Positions 35,211-44,932 of a stretch of 64,000 bases of DNA are shown piece by piece (the stretch's first letter is position 1; each line of letters starts with the position of its first letter). Location: IMG/VR virus record IMGVR_UViG_3300006310_000001; one strand, written 5' to 3'. Source of the DNA: a virus. The position numbers and the translations under genes are program-made. The notes beneath the pieces were generated by a model. That model made no database searches. It saw only the letters and a list, made by a program, of their open reading frames with translations, and had not been told where the DNA came from.

Positions 35211-37148
35211 CTATTTATCTCCTCGTTTATGCTGGGACCACAATCTTTCAAAAGTCATTTTAGCACCTACGTGCTCGTCCTTTTTAATTGCCTTAGCAAT
35301 TTCGTGACCTTTTACTATCGTTGATTTTTTCAACGGTGTTCCGCTATCCTTTTTAATCTCTTTTGCCTTTGCCATACCTATTGCATATGCTTTGTCATCA
35401 TCTTCTACTAATTTTGATATGTGTGGTATGTCTGCCGCTTTAATTGCAAGTTGTGTAGGTATATCCATTCTCTTAATCATTTGTTTAACAGCGTCGGTTA
35501 CATCTGTTGCTTTTTTATTCTTCCATACACCCTTAATATTAGCAATTTGTTTATCACTCATTTTACTTTGTAAATATCCACTATCTTCTTTTATTTTTCC
35601 ATAAGATGGATCATAACTATGAGTCATAGAATATTCTATATCTCCGACTCTATCTTTTGGTCCAGCTGGTTCTACTTCAATATCATCTGGATCTTCAATA
35701 CTTCCACCACCACCTGGTCCTATGTTTCTTTTCTTTCTATGTTTATCTAATTCTTTTTCCCATTTTCTTTCAGCATCCTGTTTACTAGACGCACTAATAA
35801 TCATTTTAAATCTATCTTGACCAGATATGTTTTTATATCCTGTAATACCAGAAATTGCCCACCTGCCTTCTTTAATTACTTTAGCTGATTTAGTCTTACT
35901 CATATCACCTGTTTTATACCAACTAATATATTTTTCTGCTTCAGCAGGTGTATTATATTTACCAATAACTAATTTACTTCCATCTGTTTTTGTAATCTGT
36001 ACTGTATATGCTTCTTTATATACATCAATTTCTACTGGATCAAAACCACCAGGTCTACCAACAGACCTCTTTCGTTTATTCCACAACTCAGCAAATTTAT
36101 CTGCTAATTTATCTGCTTGTTTTTGTGCGTCTTTATCATTAGAAGCATTTAATGTTCCTTCATCTTCTTGATCCCCACCATCATTACCGTAATCGGATGA
36201 TATCTTAATATTATAATTATATTTTGCTTCTGTAGCAATTTGTTTGCCTTCTGGTTCTGGTAATCTTTGTTCAACAGGTGATGTATTTCTACCCATTTTA
36301 TCAATCTTAAATCCCTTACTTCTTAATTTCTGTGCTCTGTTTTGTAAATCTTGTAAAGTTTTTGCGTCTTCAAAACCTGCGTGTTTACCGTACTTATCAC
36401 TATAAGACAATCTAAATTCTGCTTTTTCATCAAGCTGTTCTCTTCTCATTTGTGCCAATTGGGCAGCATTAGCTCCGTGTTTTGAAATGAGTCTTGCTTG
36501 CGCTAACATTGACACAAATGGAATCTTTGCTTTTAATAACTTTATTAAAAGCGGTTTGCTCTTATCAAACTTATCAAAAATTTTCATAAGTTTGTTTGCA
36601 TTAATTCCACTTATAGTTTTACCTTGTAATCCTGCGTAATCTTTTTTCAAACTTGCTATTTGAGTGTCAGTAAATTCAGCAAATACTTCTTCACCTAAAA
36701 TAGTTTTTACAGTTGATACTTTTAGTTTTAATCTTTTAGCAATCTCTTCTTTAGATTTACCTTCTTGATCCATCGTGTAGATATCTTTCATTCTACCTTC
36801 ATCAAGTTCTTCTAGTTGTTCTTCTTTATTCAACCATTCGCTATGTTTTTTACCTGGGTGTACTTTTGAACAATCGTGTTCTTCACCTAAAATTGATTTA
36901 GGCATTATTGCTACATCACCATTAGTTTTTTCTACTTCTTTTTTTAGTAATGATTTAGCTTTTTCCACATCCGCTCTTGGAAGGAATAAGATACCGTATG
37001 AAAATCTAGTACGACCAATGCCGTGTTTCTTTAAAAAAGTTTGGACTCCCCACTCAAAACCTTCGCTCATTTTATAGCGAGTCAAACTCATAGGTTCTCT
37101 ATACCTACTTTGTTTCCACTTTTCTAATTGTTCTTTTAAGTCGCCCAT
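35211..37148 (-). CDS. modular putative internal head protein (645 aa)
   Basis: Start moved to MGDLKE; repeated hydrophobic-x-E junctions. Confidence 0.7.
   Translation of the reverse strand: MGDLKEQLEKWKQSRYREPMSLTRYKMSEGFEWGVQTFLKKHGIGRTRFSYGILFLPRADVEKAKSLLKKEVEKTNGDVAIMPKSILGEEHDCSKVHPGKKHSEWLNKEEQLEELDEGRMKDIYTMDQEGKSKEEIAKRLKLKVSTVKTILGEEVFAEFTDTQIASLKKDYAGLQGKTISGINANKLMKIFDKFDKSKPLLIKLLKAKIPFVSMLAQARLISKHGANAAQLAQMRREQLDEKAEFRLSYSDKYGKHAGFEDAKTLQDLQNRAQKLRSKGFKIDKMGRNTSPVEQRLPEPEGKQIATEAKYNYNIKISSDYGNDGGDQEDEGTLNASNDKDAQKQADKLADKFAELWNKRKRSVGRPGGFDPVEIDVYKEAYTVQITKTDGSKLVIGKYNTPAEAEKYISWYKTGDMSKTKSAKVIKEGRWAISGITGYKNISGQDRFKMIISASSKQDAERKWEKELDKHRKKRNIGPGGGGSIEDPDDIEVEPAGPKDRVGDIEYSMTHSYDPSYGKIKEDSGYLQSKMSDKQIANIKGVWKNKKATDVTDAVKQMIKRMDIPTQLAIKAADIPHISKLVEDDDKAYAIGMAKAKEIKKDSGTPLKKSTIVKGHEIAKAIKKDEHVGAKMTFERLWSQHKRGDK
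35212..35219 (-). promoter_or_regulatory. late promoter variant GATAAATA
   Basis: One mismatch to consensus, 6 bp upstream of ATG at 35206. Confidence 0.5.
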
Positions 37149-37149
37149 T

Positions 37150-37572
37150 TTATTTAAATATGTTTTGTCTTTTGAAATTGTATGATAAACTATGTCTGCT
37201 GTATAAGTGTCCACCGTGTGTGTCAAATACACGATTTAATGAGTCCATATACTTTCTATCTAAAACGTTTCCTCTAGCACCTTTTGCTGGAGCATTAATA
37301 CCAGCTGCCTTCAAAACATCTCCTGTTACCTTATCTACGAAGGCGTGGATACTTCTCTTTTGTCCTCGTTCCGTATCCCAAATTTTGATATACTTACCAC
37401 CAACACTTGTAGCTACATCACGTTTTTGGTCTCTATATAAATTGGCAAATTGTGGGTGTCTTTTGATTTTTTCCCTAGCGATTTTAAGGTAATCATCAAC
37501 TCCCTTTAAGACCATAGCCGAACTTTCTGCTACGTATAGTTTTTGTACGTATTCTTTGAATTTAGTTGCCAT
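37150..37572 (-). CDS. phage protein with capsid-targeting-like N-terminus
   Basis: MATKFKEY...YVAE|S; GGKYIKI..SIHAFVDKVTGDVLKAA..APAKGARGN. Confidence 0.7.
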   Translation of the reverse strand: MATKFKEYVQKLYVAESSAMVLKGVDDYLKIAREKIKRHPQFANLYRDQKRDVATSVGGKYIKIWDTERGQKRSIHAFVDKVTGDVLKAAGINAPAKGARGNVLDRKYMDSLNRVFDTHGGHLYSRHSLSYNFKRQNIFK

Positions 37573-37580
37573 TTCTCTCT

Positions 37581-40322
37581 CTAAAGTTTCTCAATCATCT
37601 TAGCGACTACTTCGTTTAGTTTCGCTTTCCACTCTTCTTTATAACGTTGTTTATATTTATCTATTGTTGAATCTTGGTTTGACCATTCTTTTACTTCCTT
37701 TGTAGTTAATTTATCCTCACCAACTTTAGCATCCGTTGCCTTACCTGGGCGTGATATGTATGTATCAGTAGGTTTTCCTCGGTCTTTTGAGTCAACAGGA
37801 GGTGCATCCTCTTTTTCTCCTGGTGTCATCTGTTTACAATGATTAGCATAGTCAGCACCTATTTCATAACTATCTCTAATTGCTGTGTAAGGTTTAGGTA
37901 CTGGTATTGTTTCAACTGCTTCAAATCCATAATCAACATCTAGGTTGTATTCTCTTAACATTGGTTCTTTGTCAGCAGCAATTGGTATACAATCCCATAT
38001 CCAGCATTTGTGTAAATTATTATTCGTATCTTCTAGTACAACATAGTTCGTACCTCTTCGTACTACCTTACCTTGTTTATCTTCTTTAAGATACTTGACT
38101 TGGTCTCCAATATTAAATATCATCTCCCTAACGTATAGGTCTCTAACTTGTTTCTGTTCAAACTGTCCTAATGTCATAACAGGTTTTGAAATATCTGGTT
38201 TATAGTCTTCTCTTATACCCATACCTTTTCTTACTGCTTTAAACAGTCCATCAACATCTCTAAAATGAGATGGTAGTCCTCTCTTAAATGACGCTACATC
38301 ACCTTTTTGAGCAGCATCCCTCATCTTGCTCGCACTCATACCTGAAGCGCCCTCAGCGTCTGGATCACGCTCTCCAGCAGATATAACATCTATTGTTTTG
38401 AAGTTATAGAATCCGTGTCTATTCTTTTCATTGTTATATTTTTTAAGTATCGTTTCAAATTCTCTTACTCTATCACTACCTACTACAAATTTAAGAACAT
38501 TATGCCCTTTGTTATATAACATAGTAGCAATATCTAATATCATATTTGTTGTATTAATTTCAATGTTTCTAGCATATTGTGGAAATATCTTTTTCATCCA
38601 AGATAATTTTTCTCTAGGAGATAATGGATTCTTTTTACTATCTTCTGACCTACTGATATAGATTTTATAATTTCTATCTGCTCTTACAACTTTATTAATA
38701 AGTTTTTCGTGACCTATTGTTGGAGGATTAAATCTTCCAAATGTAATTGCAATAGATTTTTCTCCTACTGCTTCTGATTTTAAACTTTTTATTTCTGCGT
38801 CTGTTACCTTTTCATCTTCTAATATTTTTTTACATTTGTAAAAGAATTTTGTGTAATGAAATTTCTCCAAATACTTATAGACAACATTTTTAGGTAACTT
38901 ATGAGCGATACCATATTTTTTAATCTCTTCTGGTGTCAAAGGTCTATTAAATAAATCTCTTCTTGCCTGCATAAGGTTATCACCCATTTCGGACATCTTC
39001 TTTATAGCATCCTCTATCTCTTCTAATTTCTCAGCAGTTTTTATATGTAAATCTAATACATCATTTGGTTTTAATTCTTTTAACTCTTCATAGTCAACTA
39101 TATCTCTTTGTAATTCTCCTTTAACTACATCTAGTTCTGCCACTTTCTTTTGAAATTCTGCCTCATATACTTTAGGATCAAACGTTTGTGCTGGAGGTCT
39201 CTTATCAAATTTCTGTTTGAATACATCATAAACTCCTATAGAAGTTGCAAGATGAGCGTCATTTACTTTAGGGTCTGTTTGAACATAATAATTAATCGGG
39301 TGTTGCGTACCTGGTACTAACTTACCACTAACTTCTCCTACAGATTGTCTTGCTTCTAAACCAACTGTTTCTCTATCTTTTTCTGGTATGTCTATCAATA
39401 CATCAATATCTAAATCTGCGTCATTTCTATATCTCTTTCCAAGAATAGAACCTATTAATTTTACTGACACAACAGGACCCCATTTTGAAAAATGATTTGC
39501 ACCTGCTTTAATCATATCAAAAACTTTTGGTTTTAATTTTGGATTTTCTGTTTCAGCATTATCAAATACACCAACAGCATATCTACTTCTAGGTACATCT
39601 ATAATACTTTCTCCCATTACCAATCTTCTACCAACACTAAACATTGTATTCTTAAACATTTGTTCTCTTGACATCCAATTTTTTGCAATATGACTTTTAA
39701 CTGGTGCTCTCATATATCGTCTAACTAATCTATCACAACCTGCTAATGTTGCTGTTACCAATTCTTTATCTGACCTATTGTTATCTACTACAATAAAATT
39801 TGATTGACCAAATAATCTTTGAAACTTACCTATATTAGATTGTACTTTCTCCCAAGATGTTTGCACAACATATTCTGGTATTTGTCTACTTCTTATTTTA
39901 TTTCTTTCTAACGCAACAGGTAATGTTGTGTTAACAAATATCATATAACAATCATAACCTAATGCGTGTAGCATATTATATTCGGAACTTATTCTTCCAT
40001 AATCTCTTCCAGTTGCGTCAATAACTAAACCTAATCTGCCCCCTACATAGGTATGTAATTGTTTCATCATTGTACCTTTTGCTCTGGCTCTTATAAGGTC
40101 TCTAAAATATGCTTCTTGGTCAGGCATTTTGTCTGAAAGACCTGCCTGTTTTAATGCTCTTTCAAATATTGTATCTGAATTAACAAACTTTAATCCAGTT
40201 CCAGCAAATGCGGAAGAAGCGATAAAGGTTTTTCCTGAACCTGGTCCACCTGCCATAAAAAAGGCTTTAAATATACCTGGATCGTATACACCTTCTTGTA
40301 ATAAAAATTCTTTAAACTTCAT
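37581..40322 (-). CDS. multidomain P-loop kinase / Pol-beta nucleotidyltransferase / HIGH cytidylyltransferase-like protein
   Basis: GGPGSGKT (~aa 25-32); GSILGKRYRNDADLDIDV (~aa 290); TFGRFNPPTIGH (~aa 526) and MSASKMR. Confidence 0.8.
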   Translation of the reverse strand: MKFKEFLLQEGVYDPGIFKAFFMAGGPGSGKTFIASSAFAGTGLKFVNSDTIFERALKQAGLSDKMPDQEAYFRDLIRARAKGTMMKQLHTYVGGRLGLVIDATGRDYGRISSEYNMLHALGYDCYMIFVNTTLPVALERNKIRSRQIPEYVVQTSWEKVQSNIGKFQRLFGQSNFIVVDNNRSDKELVTATLAGCDRLVRRYMRAPVKSHIAKNWMSREQMFKNTMFSVGRRLVMGESIIDVPRSRYAVGVFDNAETENPKLKPKVFDMIKAGANHFSKWGPVVSVKLIGSILGKRYRNDADLDIDVLIDIPEKDRETVGLEARQSVGEVSGKLVPGTQHPINYYVQTDPKVNDAHLATSIGVYDVFKQKFDKRPPAQTFDPKVYEAEFQKKVAELDVVKGELQRDIVDYEELKELKPNDVLDLHIKTAEKLEEIEDAIKKMSEMGDNLMQARRDLFNRPLTPEEIKKYGIAHKLPKNVVYKYLEKFHYTKFFYKCKKILEDEKVTDAEIKSLKSEAVGEKSIAITFGRFNPPTIGHEKLINKVVRADRNYKIYISRSEDSKKNPLSPREKLSWMKKIFPQYARNIEINTTNMILDIATMLYNKGHNVLKFVVGSDRVREFETILKKYNNEKNRHGFYNFKTIDVISAGERDPDAEGASGMSASKMRDAAQKGDVASFKRGLPSHFRDVDGLFKAVRKGMGIREDYKPDISKPVMTLGQFEQKQVRDLYVREMIFNIGDQVKYLKEDKQGKVVRRGTNYVVLEDTNNNLHKCWIWDCIPIAADKEPMLREYNLDVDYGFEAVETIPVPKPYTAIRDSYEIGADYANHCKQMTPGEKEDAPPVDSKDRGKPTDTYISRPGKATDAKVGEDKLTTKEVKEWSNQDSTIDKYKQRYKEEWKAKLNEVVAKMIEKL

Positions 40323-41537
40323 TTATTTCCATCCTTTTGGCAACGTAAAGTTTGCCCTACTAAATTCTAATCTATCTACTATTTTTACTGCACCTGCTAC
40401 TCTATCTACTGCAACATATCCTTCAGGTGCTGTTACTCTATATCCTGTTCCAGTTTTAATGTAGTGTCCTATCTGTTGAATTTGATTCATCTTTTGTATC
40501 AATGTGTTCTTCGCATTACCTAAAGTTACGTGACTTGCAATTGCCATATATAGACCTGATTTATTTTGATTAATAAATCTTAATCCATCTGCTAATATAT
40601 CTCTATATTTTTGTTTTGCTTTTTCAGTTTTTCTTTGGTCTATTTCTGTCTTCAAAATGTTTTCATAATAATCTCTAAACATATCTTGCAAGACTCTAAC
40701 CTTTGCCATACTGCCTTTATTATTTCTAATGTAATGATTGAAAAATGCTTTTAATCTAAACCCTACAGATAAAGGGTCACTAGCACGACTAGTCATTTCA
40801 TCTAATATCTTACTTGCTCTACCTAAAGAACCTTCTGCCATTCTTAATTGAGCATCAAATTTTCCTAGTTCTGATTTAGTAAAAGTAATAGAACCAGAGT
40901 CATCCTTATATTCAGCACTCGCAACCCATACTCTTGCATTACCTGACCCTCTAACATTACCAAAACTTGCATTTAAACTTTTCATATCTTTACCAGTATA
41001 CATTGTATGAAATACTATACCCATTTTAGCACGAGCAATCTTCTTACCAATATTGCTACTTGCCTGTACTGCATATGTGATTGTATTTGGTGTAAAGGTT
41101 ATCATTTTTTCACCATCAATTGAAGCTGATTTTTTATCGTTAGTGAATAATAAATCACCTTGTAAAATTTGTTTAATGTTTAGACTAGATAAATGATTAA
41201 GACATACTGATAGTTTTTGAGCAACAGGACCAGAATGGTTCCGTCTTATGTCTGCTGTTGTGTAATTGATTTTAGGGGTTACGTTGAATATTGATTTTGT
41301 ACCAACAAAGAATTTACCGTTTTCAGGATTGACCCCACATATAATAGCAGGTGCCCCATCCCATTTAACAGTAGTATTGATTTTTGCTCCCGAGTGACCT
41401 GCGAGCATATCTCTTACTGATTTTAGAAAGTTAATTGCGTTAACTCCACCAGATGAACCTCTATTGATTATATCATCTTCTAGGTGTTCTAGGTGTGTGT
41501 TCTTATCGTTTGTTGTAAAACCTTTAAAACTAAACAT
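40323..41537 (-). CDS. ATP-dependent ligase-like protein (DUF6267-like)
   Basis: TVKWDG (KxDG), QGDLL, IVFH, PEGYV, VKIVDR. Confidence 0.65.
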   Translation of the reverse strand: MFSFKGFTTNDKNTHLEHLEDDIINRGSSGGVNAINFLKSVRDMLAGHSGAKINTTVKWDGAPAIICGVNPENGKFFVGTKSIFNVTPKINYTTADIRRNHSGPVAQKLSVCLNHLSSLNIKQILQGDLLFTNDKKSASIDGEKMITFTPNTITYAVQASSNIGKKIARAKMGIVFHTMYTGKDMKSLNASFGNVRGSGNARVWVASAEYKDDSGSITFTKSELGKFDAQLRMAEGSLGRASKILDEMTSRASDPLSVGFRLKAFFNHYIRNNKGSMAKVRVLQDMFRDYYENILKTEIDQRKTEKAKQKYRDILADGLRFINQNKSGLYMAIASHVTLGNAKNTLIQKMNQIQQIGHYIKTGTGYRVTAPEGYVAVDRVAGAVKIVDRLEFSRANFTLPKGWK

Positions 41538-41601
41538 TATTCCTCATTTATTCCATTAGTATAATCTATATTCACATATCCATTAACAAATCATATACTA
41601 C

Positions 41602-41609
41602 TATTTATA
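41602..41609 (-). promoter_or_regulatory. T4-type late promoter TATAAATA
   Basis: Exact consensus upstream of ligase-like gene. Confidence 0.75.
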
Positions 41610-41647
41610 CTATTTTACTACGTGAAAAAGATTGATTACGATTTCAC

Positions 41648-41676
41648 TAGATTGTCCCATCCAAAACTGATAGTAT
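41648..41676 (+). promoter_or_regulatory. extended -10 sigma70-type promoter TAGATT-N17-TAGTAT (TGn present)
   Basis: -10 ends 7 nt before ATG at 41683. Confidence 0.5.
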
Positions 41677-41682
41677 ATACAT

Positions 41683-41883
41683 ATGAAACCACACGAAAAA
41701 GACTTTGACATTTTACAAGAGGAAATTCAAAAAGTTTTAGATAAAGCTGAAACGAAAATGAATACTCTTATAGATGATTATAGTACAAAGTATGAAGATG
41801 AAGATGACGCTGTACAAATTCAAACTTATGATTTAAGTTCTTTGTTCAGACAGTTATCTGACTTTGTTGAAGACCATATATAA
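41683..41883 (+). CDS. small acidic helical protein (66 aa)
   Basis: 18 D/E versus 7 K/R; fills gap; stop abuts stop of 41884..43299. Confidence 0.7.
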   Translation: MKPHEKDFDILQEEIQKVLDKAETKMNTLIDDYSTKYEDEDDAVQIQTYDLSSLFRQLSDFVEDHI

Positions 41884-43299
41884 TTAAAAACATTCTTTAT
41901 CTAATAATTTTTTGAAATCTGGATGAAGAGTGCCAGTAAATTGTGGTTGTTGACCAAATTTACCTTTATATCTTAATTCTAAATCTAATACTTTTTGGTC
42001 GTCACCTTTCATTAACCACATTTTAATTTTTGCTGCCTTGTCTATTGTATCACCCTTAACAGGTTTACCGTCTTCATCTACTTCATCTCTCAATTTAATA
42101 TTCCAATTTTTATTCTTAAATTCTTTTTGCTGAATTCTATTATAACCACAAAGTAAAGTATTAATTGGAAAATTTGTTGAATCATTTATACTTACCCTAC
42201 CTTTTGGAGTAACTCTACCTATACCTTGTGTTACTTGAAAATCAAACTCCGATTCATCTACATCTTGTTTCTTTAATTTATTATATAAATTAACTTTTAA
42301 AATAACATCAATAAGTGCTTCTGCAAATTTTTCAGAATGCTCATCCAATATTTTTAGTACCCCTTGCCAATATTTACTTTTACCTCCACCATATAAAGCT
42401 TGATTAAAATACTGCCTCACTTTCCATTTAGCTTCTGGATATTCTTCTTTAGGTATTGCAAATAATATTTCTGCTAATTTTTTATCTCCCGCCAACGACA
42501 TATTAAAAACTGGTTTTACTATTCCACCATTTTTTATAGATATTAGTCTTATATTTCCAGACTTAAATGGATGTTTAATTTTCATATTAAATATATCTTC
42601 ATCACTTGTTGGCATTGTCATCCCTCTCAATTGCAATAATTTACCTTTTCCAATTATTTTTTTAAGTAACCCAGCAAAAAATTTATGTTTTTGTTTGTCA
42701 AGTACTTCCAATAATTTCTCAAAATCTTTATCACCTGCCACAACTGTATCAAAAGCTTTATTAATAAGTGGTGGTGGTTTCGCTGCTGGTGTAGGTTTTT
42801 TCTTTAAAGAAATACCATAATATTTTTTTACTTTTGCTTTAGCAGAATTATTTTCAACCAATATATCAGCAGAATTATAATTAAAACTTCCTTCTGGTAA
42901 AGAAAACTTTTCAATCTCACTCGGCCATTTAGAGCCAGTCATAAAAACTTTTTTAGTTGGTTGAGTACCACCTTTTTTTCTAGCAAAACCACGAATACCT
43001 AATGCCGCTGATAAACCAACAGCAAAATTATCTAATACTTTATTATCTGGATTACTTGCTTTCTTGTCAGTAATTAAATTCATAAACCCTTGTTGTTGGC
43101 TACCATCTGTAAAAACAACCTGCCCAACTTTAGCTTTAGGTTTACCAATCTTCATAAGTGATTTAGCTTCTTCTAGTTTTGCTAATAAATCATCCCTAGT
43201 TAATTCACCTGAATTAAATCCTGACTGTAATTCTTTTAGTTCATCTGTAGTGAACATTAATGCTGCCGCTGTACAGATTTCTGAAATTTCGTATGCCAT
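41884..43299 (-). CDS. putative PD-(D/E)xK restriction-endonuclease-like late protein
   Basis: N-terminal EISE helix; NSADIL...YYGISLKK. Confidence 0.55.
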   Translation of the reverse strand: MAYEISEICTAAALMFTTDELKELQSGFNSGELTRDDLLAKLEEAKSLMKIGKPKAKVGQVVFTDGSQQQGFMNLITDKKASNPDNKVLDNFAVGLSAALGIRGFARKKGGTQPTKKVFMTGSKWPSEIEKFSLPEGSFNYNSADILVENNSAKAKVKKYYGISLKKKPTPAAKPPPLINKAFDTVVAGDKDFEKLLEVLDKQKHKFFAGLLKKIIGKGKLLQLRGMTMPTSDEDIFNMKIKHPFKSGNIRLISIKNGGIVKPVFNMSLAGDKKLAEILFAIPKEEYPEAKWKVRQYFNQALYGGGKSKYWQGVLKILDEHSEKFAEALIDVILKVNLYNKLKKQDVDESEFDFQVTQGIGRVTPKGRVSINDSTNFPINTLLCGYNRIQQKEFKNKNWNIKLRDEVDEDGKPVKGDTIDKAAKIKMWLMKGDDQKVLDLELRYKGKFGQQPQFTGTLHPDFKKLLDKECF

Positions 43300-43314
43300 A
43301 TTCTCTCCTATGAC

Positions 43315-43322
43315 TATTTATA
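43315..43322 (-). promoter_or_regulatory. T4-type late promoter TATAAATA
   Basis: Exact consensus 16 bp upstream of ATG. Confidence 0.75.
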
Positions 43323-43328
43323 TTGGAA

Positions 43329-43586
43329 TTATTTAGATTGGAAACACAGGTGTTTAACTATACCACCGTTCTCTTGCCAGACTTTATTCTTATTTTGGAA
43401 CTTCGCTAACTTGTCAGCATCCTCTTCAAAAAAGAATTCTGATAATACAGAACCAGTTGGTTTCTCTATGACGTGCCAAACTATTTTCTTACCTTTCTTA
43501 ACTAACTTCTTTTCGTAAGAAAGTTTATAGGTATACTTTGCTGGTCTCTTATCGCCTCTACTGAACCTTACTTTTTGTTTTTTCAT
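43329..43586 (-). CDS. hypothetical basic protein (85 aa)
   Basis: Coupled ORF. Confidence 0.7.
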   Translation of the reverse strand: MKKQKVRFSRGDKRPAKYTYKLSYEKKLVKKGKKIVWHVIEKPTGSVLSEFFFEEDADKLAKFQNKNKVWQENGGIVKHLCFQSK

Positions 43587-44224
43587 ATACTTTCCAAATA
43601 ATAATAACTACATCCTTGACCGTGCATTCCATAGTTAGGATCATATATTTTATGTTTAACATTAAAATAATTTTTAATGTGATTAGTAAATACAAACTGA
43701 CTATACCCAAACACAGGCATAGTTAAGTCTTCATTTATAGTAAAAATAGGATTAGATGTATGGTCTTCCTTATTGAAAACTCTAATAAACATTTTTCCTG
43801 AATTTTTTAATATTCTATGATACTCTTTTATAATGGATAGAGTATCTTCTGGATAGTTCACGTGGAAAGCTCCAGCGTCAATAAGAAAATCAAAACTATT
43901 TTCTTCAATCTCATCTAATTTTCTTATATCTCCAACAAGAAATTTTCCTTTTGGTAAACGCTTTTGAGTTCTTTCTATCACCGTTTGTGAAAAATCTACA
44001 CCTGTTACCTCAAACCCCTCGGCTATAAGCCATTCAGAATTTCTACCATCTGCACATCCACAATCCAAAACCTTTAAATTTTTTTCAAAATTATAATACT
44101 TTATAAAATCAACCACGTGACCATCTTGTAGCTTTCGCTCCATACTAGGATTTTTATAATCCCAAGGTCCACCAGTTGGGTGTTGTTTAAAAAATTTATC
44201 CCATTCTTCAACTAAACTTTTCAT
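43583..44224 (-). CDS. class I SAM-dependent methyltransferase
   Basis: VLDCGCADG, GVDFS, GDIR, FDFLIDAGAFH. Confidence 0.88.
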   Translation of the reverse strand: MKSLVEEWDKFFKQHPTGGPWDYKNPSMERKLQDGHVVDFIKYYNFEKNLKVLDCGCADGRNSEWLIAEGFEVTGVDFSQTVIERTQKRLPKGKFLVGDIRKLDEIEENSFDFLIDAGAFHVNYPEDTLSIIKEYHRILKNSGKMFIRVFNKEDHTSNPIFTINEDLTMPVFGYSQFVFTNHIKNYFNVKHKIYDPNYGMHGQGCSYYYLESI

Positions 44225-44409
44225 ATCATCTTACTACTATCTATTAATTGTGGTTCTTGTTTTTTCTTCACTACTTTTTTTACTACCTTCTTTTCTTTTT
44301 TCTTTTTCTTTGCACCAAAGATTCTTTCGTGTCCATCTTTGTATGCTTTATTTACTGGTCTCCAAGCACCATCAAATACTTTTCCTTTAACGCCTACTTT
44401 CATTCCCAT
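44221..44409 (-). CDS. small Lys-rich protein
   Basis: Coupled ORF. Confidence 0.6.
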   Translation of the reverse strand: MGMKVGVKGKVFDGAWRPVNKAYKDGHERIFGAKKKKKEKKVVKKVVKKKQEPQLIDSSKMI

Positions 44410-44410
44410 A

Positions 44411-44932
44411 TTACTTCCAATATGTGTTAAAACTTAATACAGTCCTTTCTTTACTTTTATTAATACTATCTCCTGAACCGTGCATTAAAAAACTCGGCCA
44501 CATTGCCATCATTCCTTTTGTAGGTGTTATTTGATAAGTTTCTTTTGTAAAAGAAAAAGGGTTTTGAAAAACTAACTTGCTACTATTTTCATCTACTTTT
44601 AAAAATATAACACCAGAGCAAATTGAATTAGGATGACTATGATAGTTTAGTGTACTATCTTCACCTTGTATATTGCACCAAGAGTCTTGCATTCTTTGAT
44701 TGGGTGTATAAACTTCGTTCATAATTTTATCTTCTATATCTTTATGATAGTCTAAAATATAAGCATTGCCTCCCATATTAACATATGTTGTTTTAGCATT
44801 ACCTTTAAAGTAATCATACTGCCCTAAATCTTCTTTATTAATGCTATTAATTAATTTATCTATTTCTGTATCATTTAGAAAATTATATTTCTCATATATA
44901 TCTACTGTAAAAATAGTTTTCTTTCTCATCAT
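44411..44932 (-). CDS. putative 2OG-Fe(II) oxygenase (TIGR02466-like)
   Basis: SWCN, HSHPNS, SGVIFL, WPSFLMHG, RTVLSFN. Confidence 0.8.
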   Translation of the reverse strand: MMRKKTIFTVDIYEKYNFLNDTEIDKLINSINKEDLGQYDYFKGNAKTTYVNMGGNAYILDYHKDIEDKIMNEVYTPNQRMQDSWCNIQGEDSTLNYHSHPNSICSGVIFLKVDENSSKLVFQNPFSFTKETYQITPTKGMMAMWPSFLMHGSGDSINKSKERTVLSFNTYWK

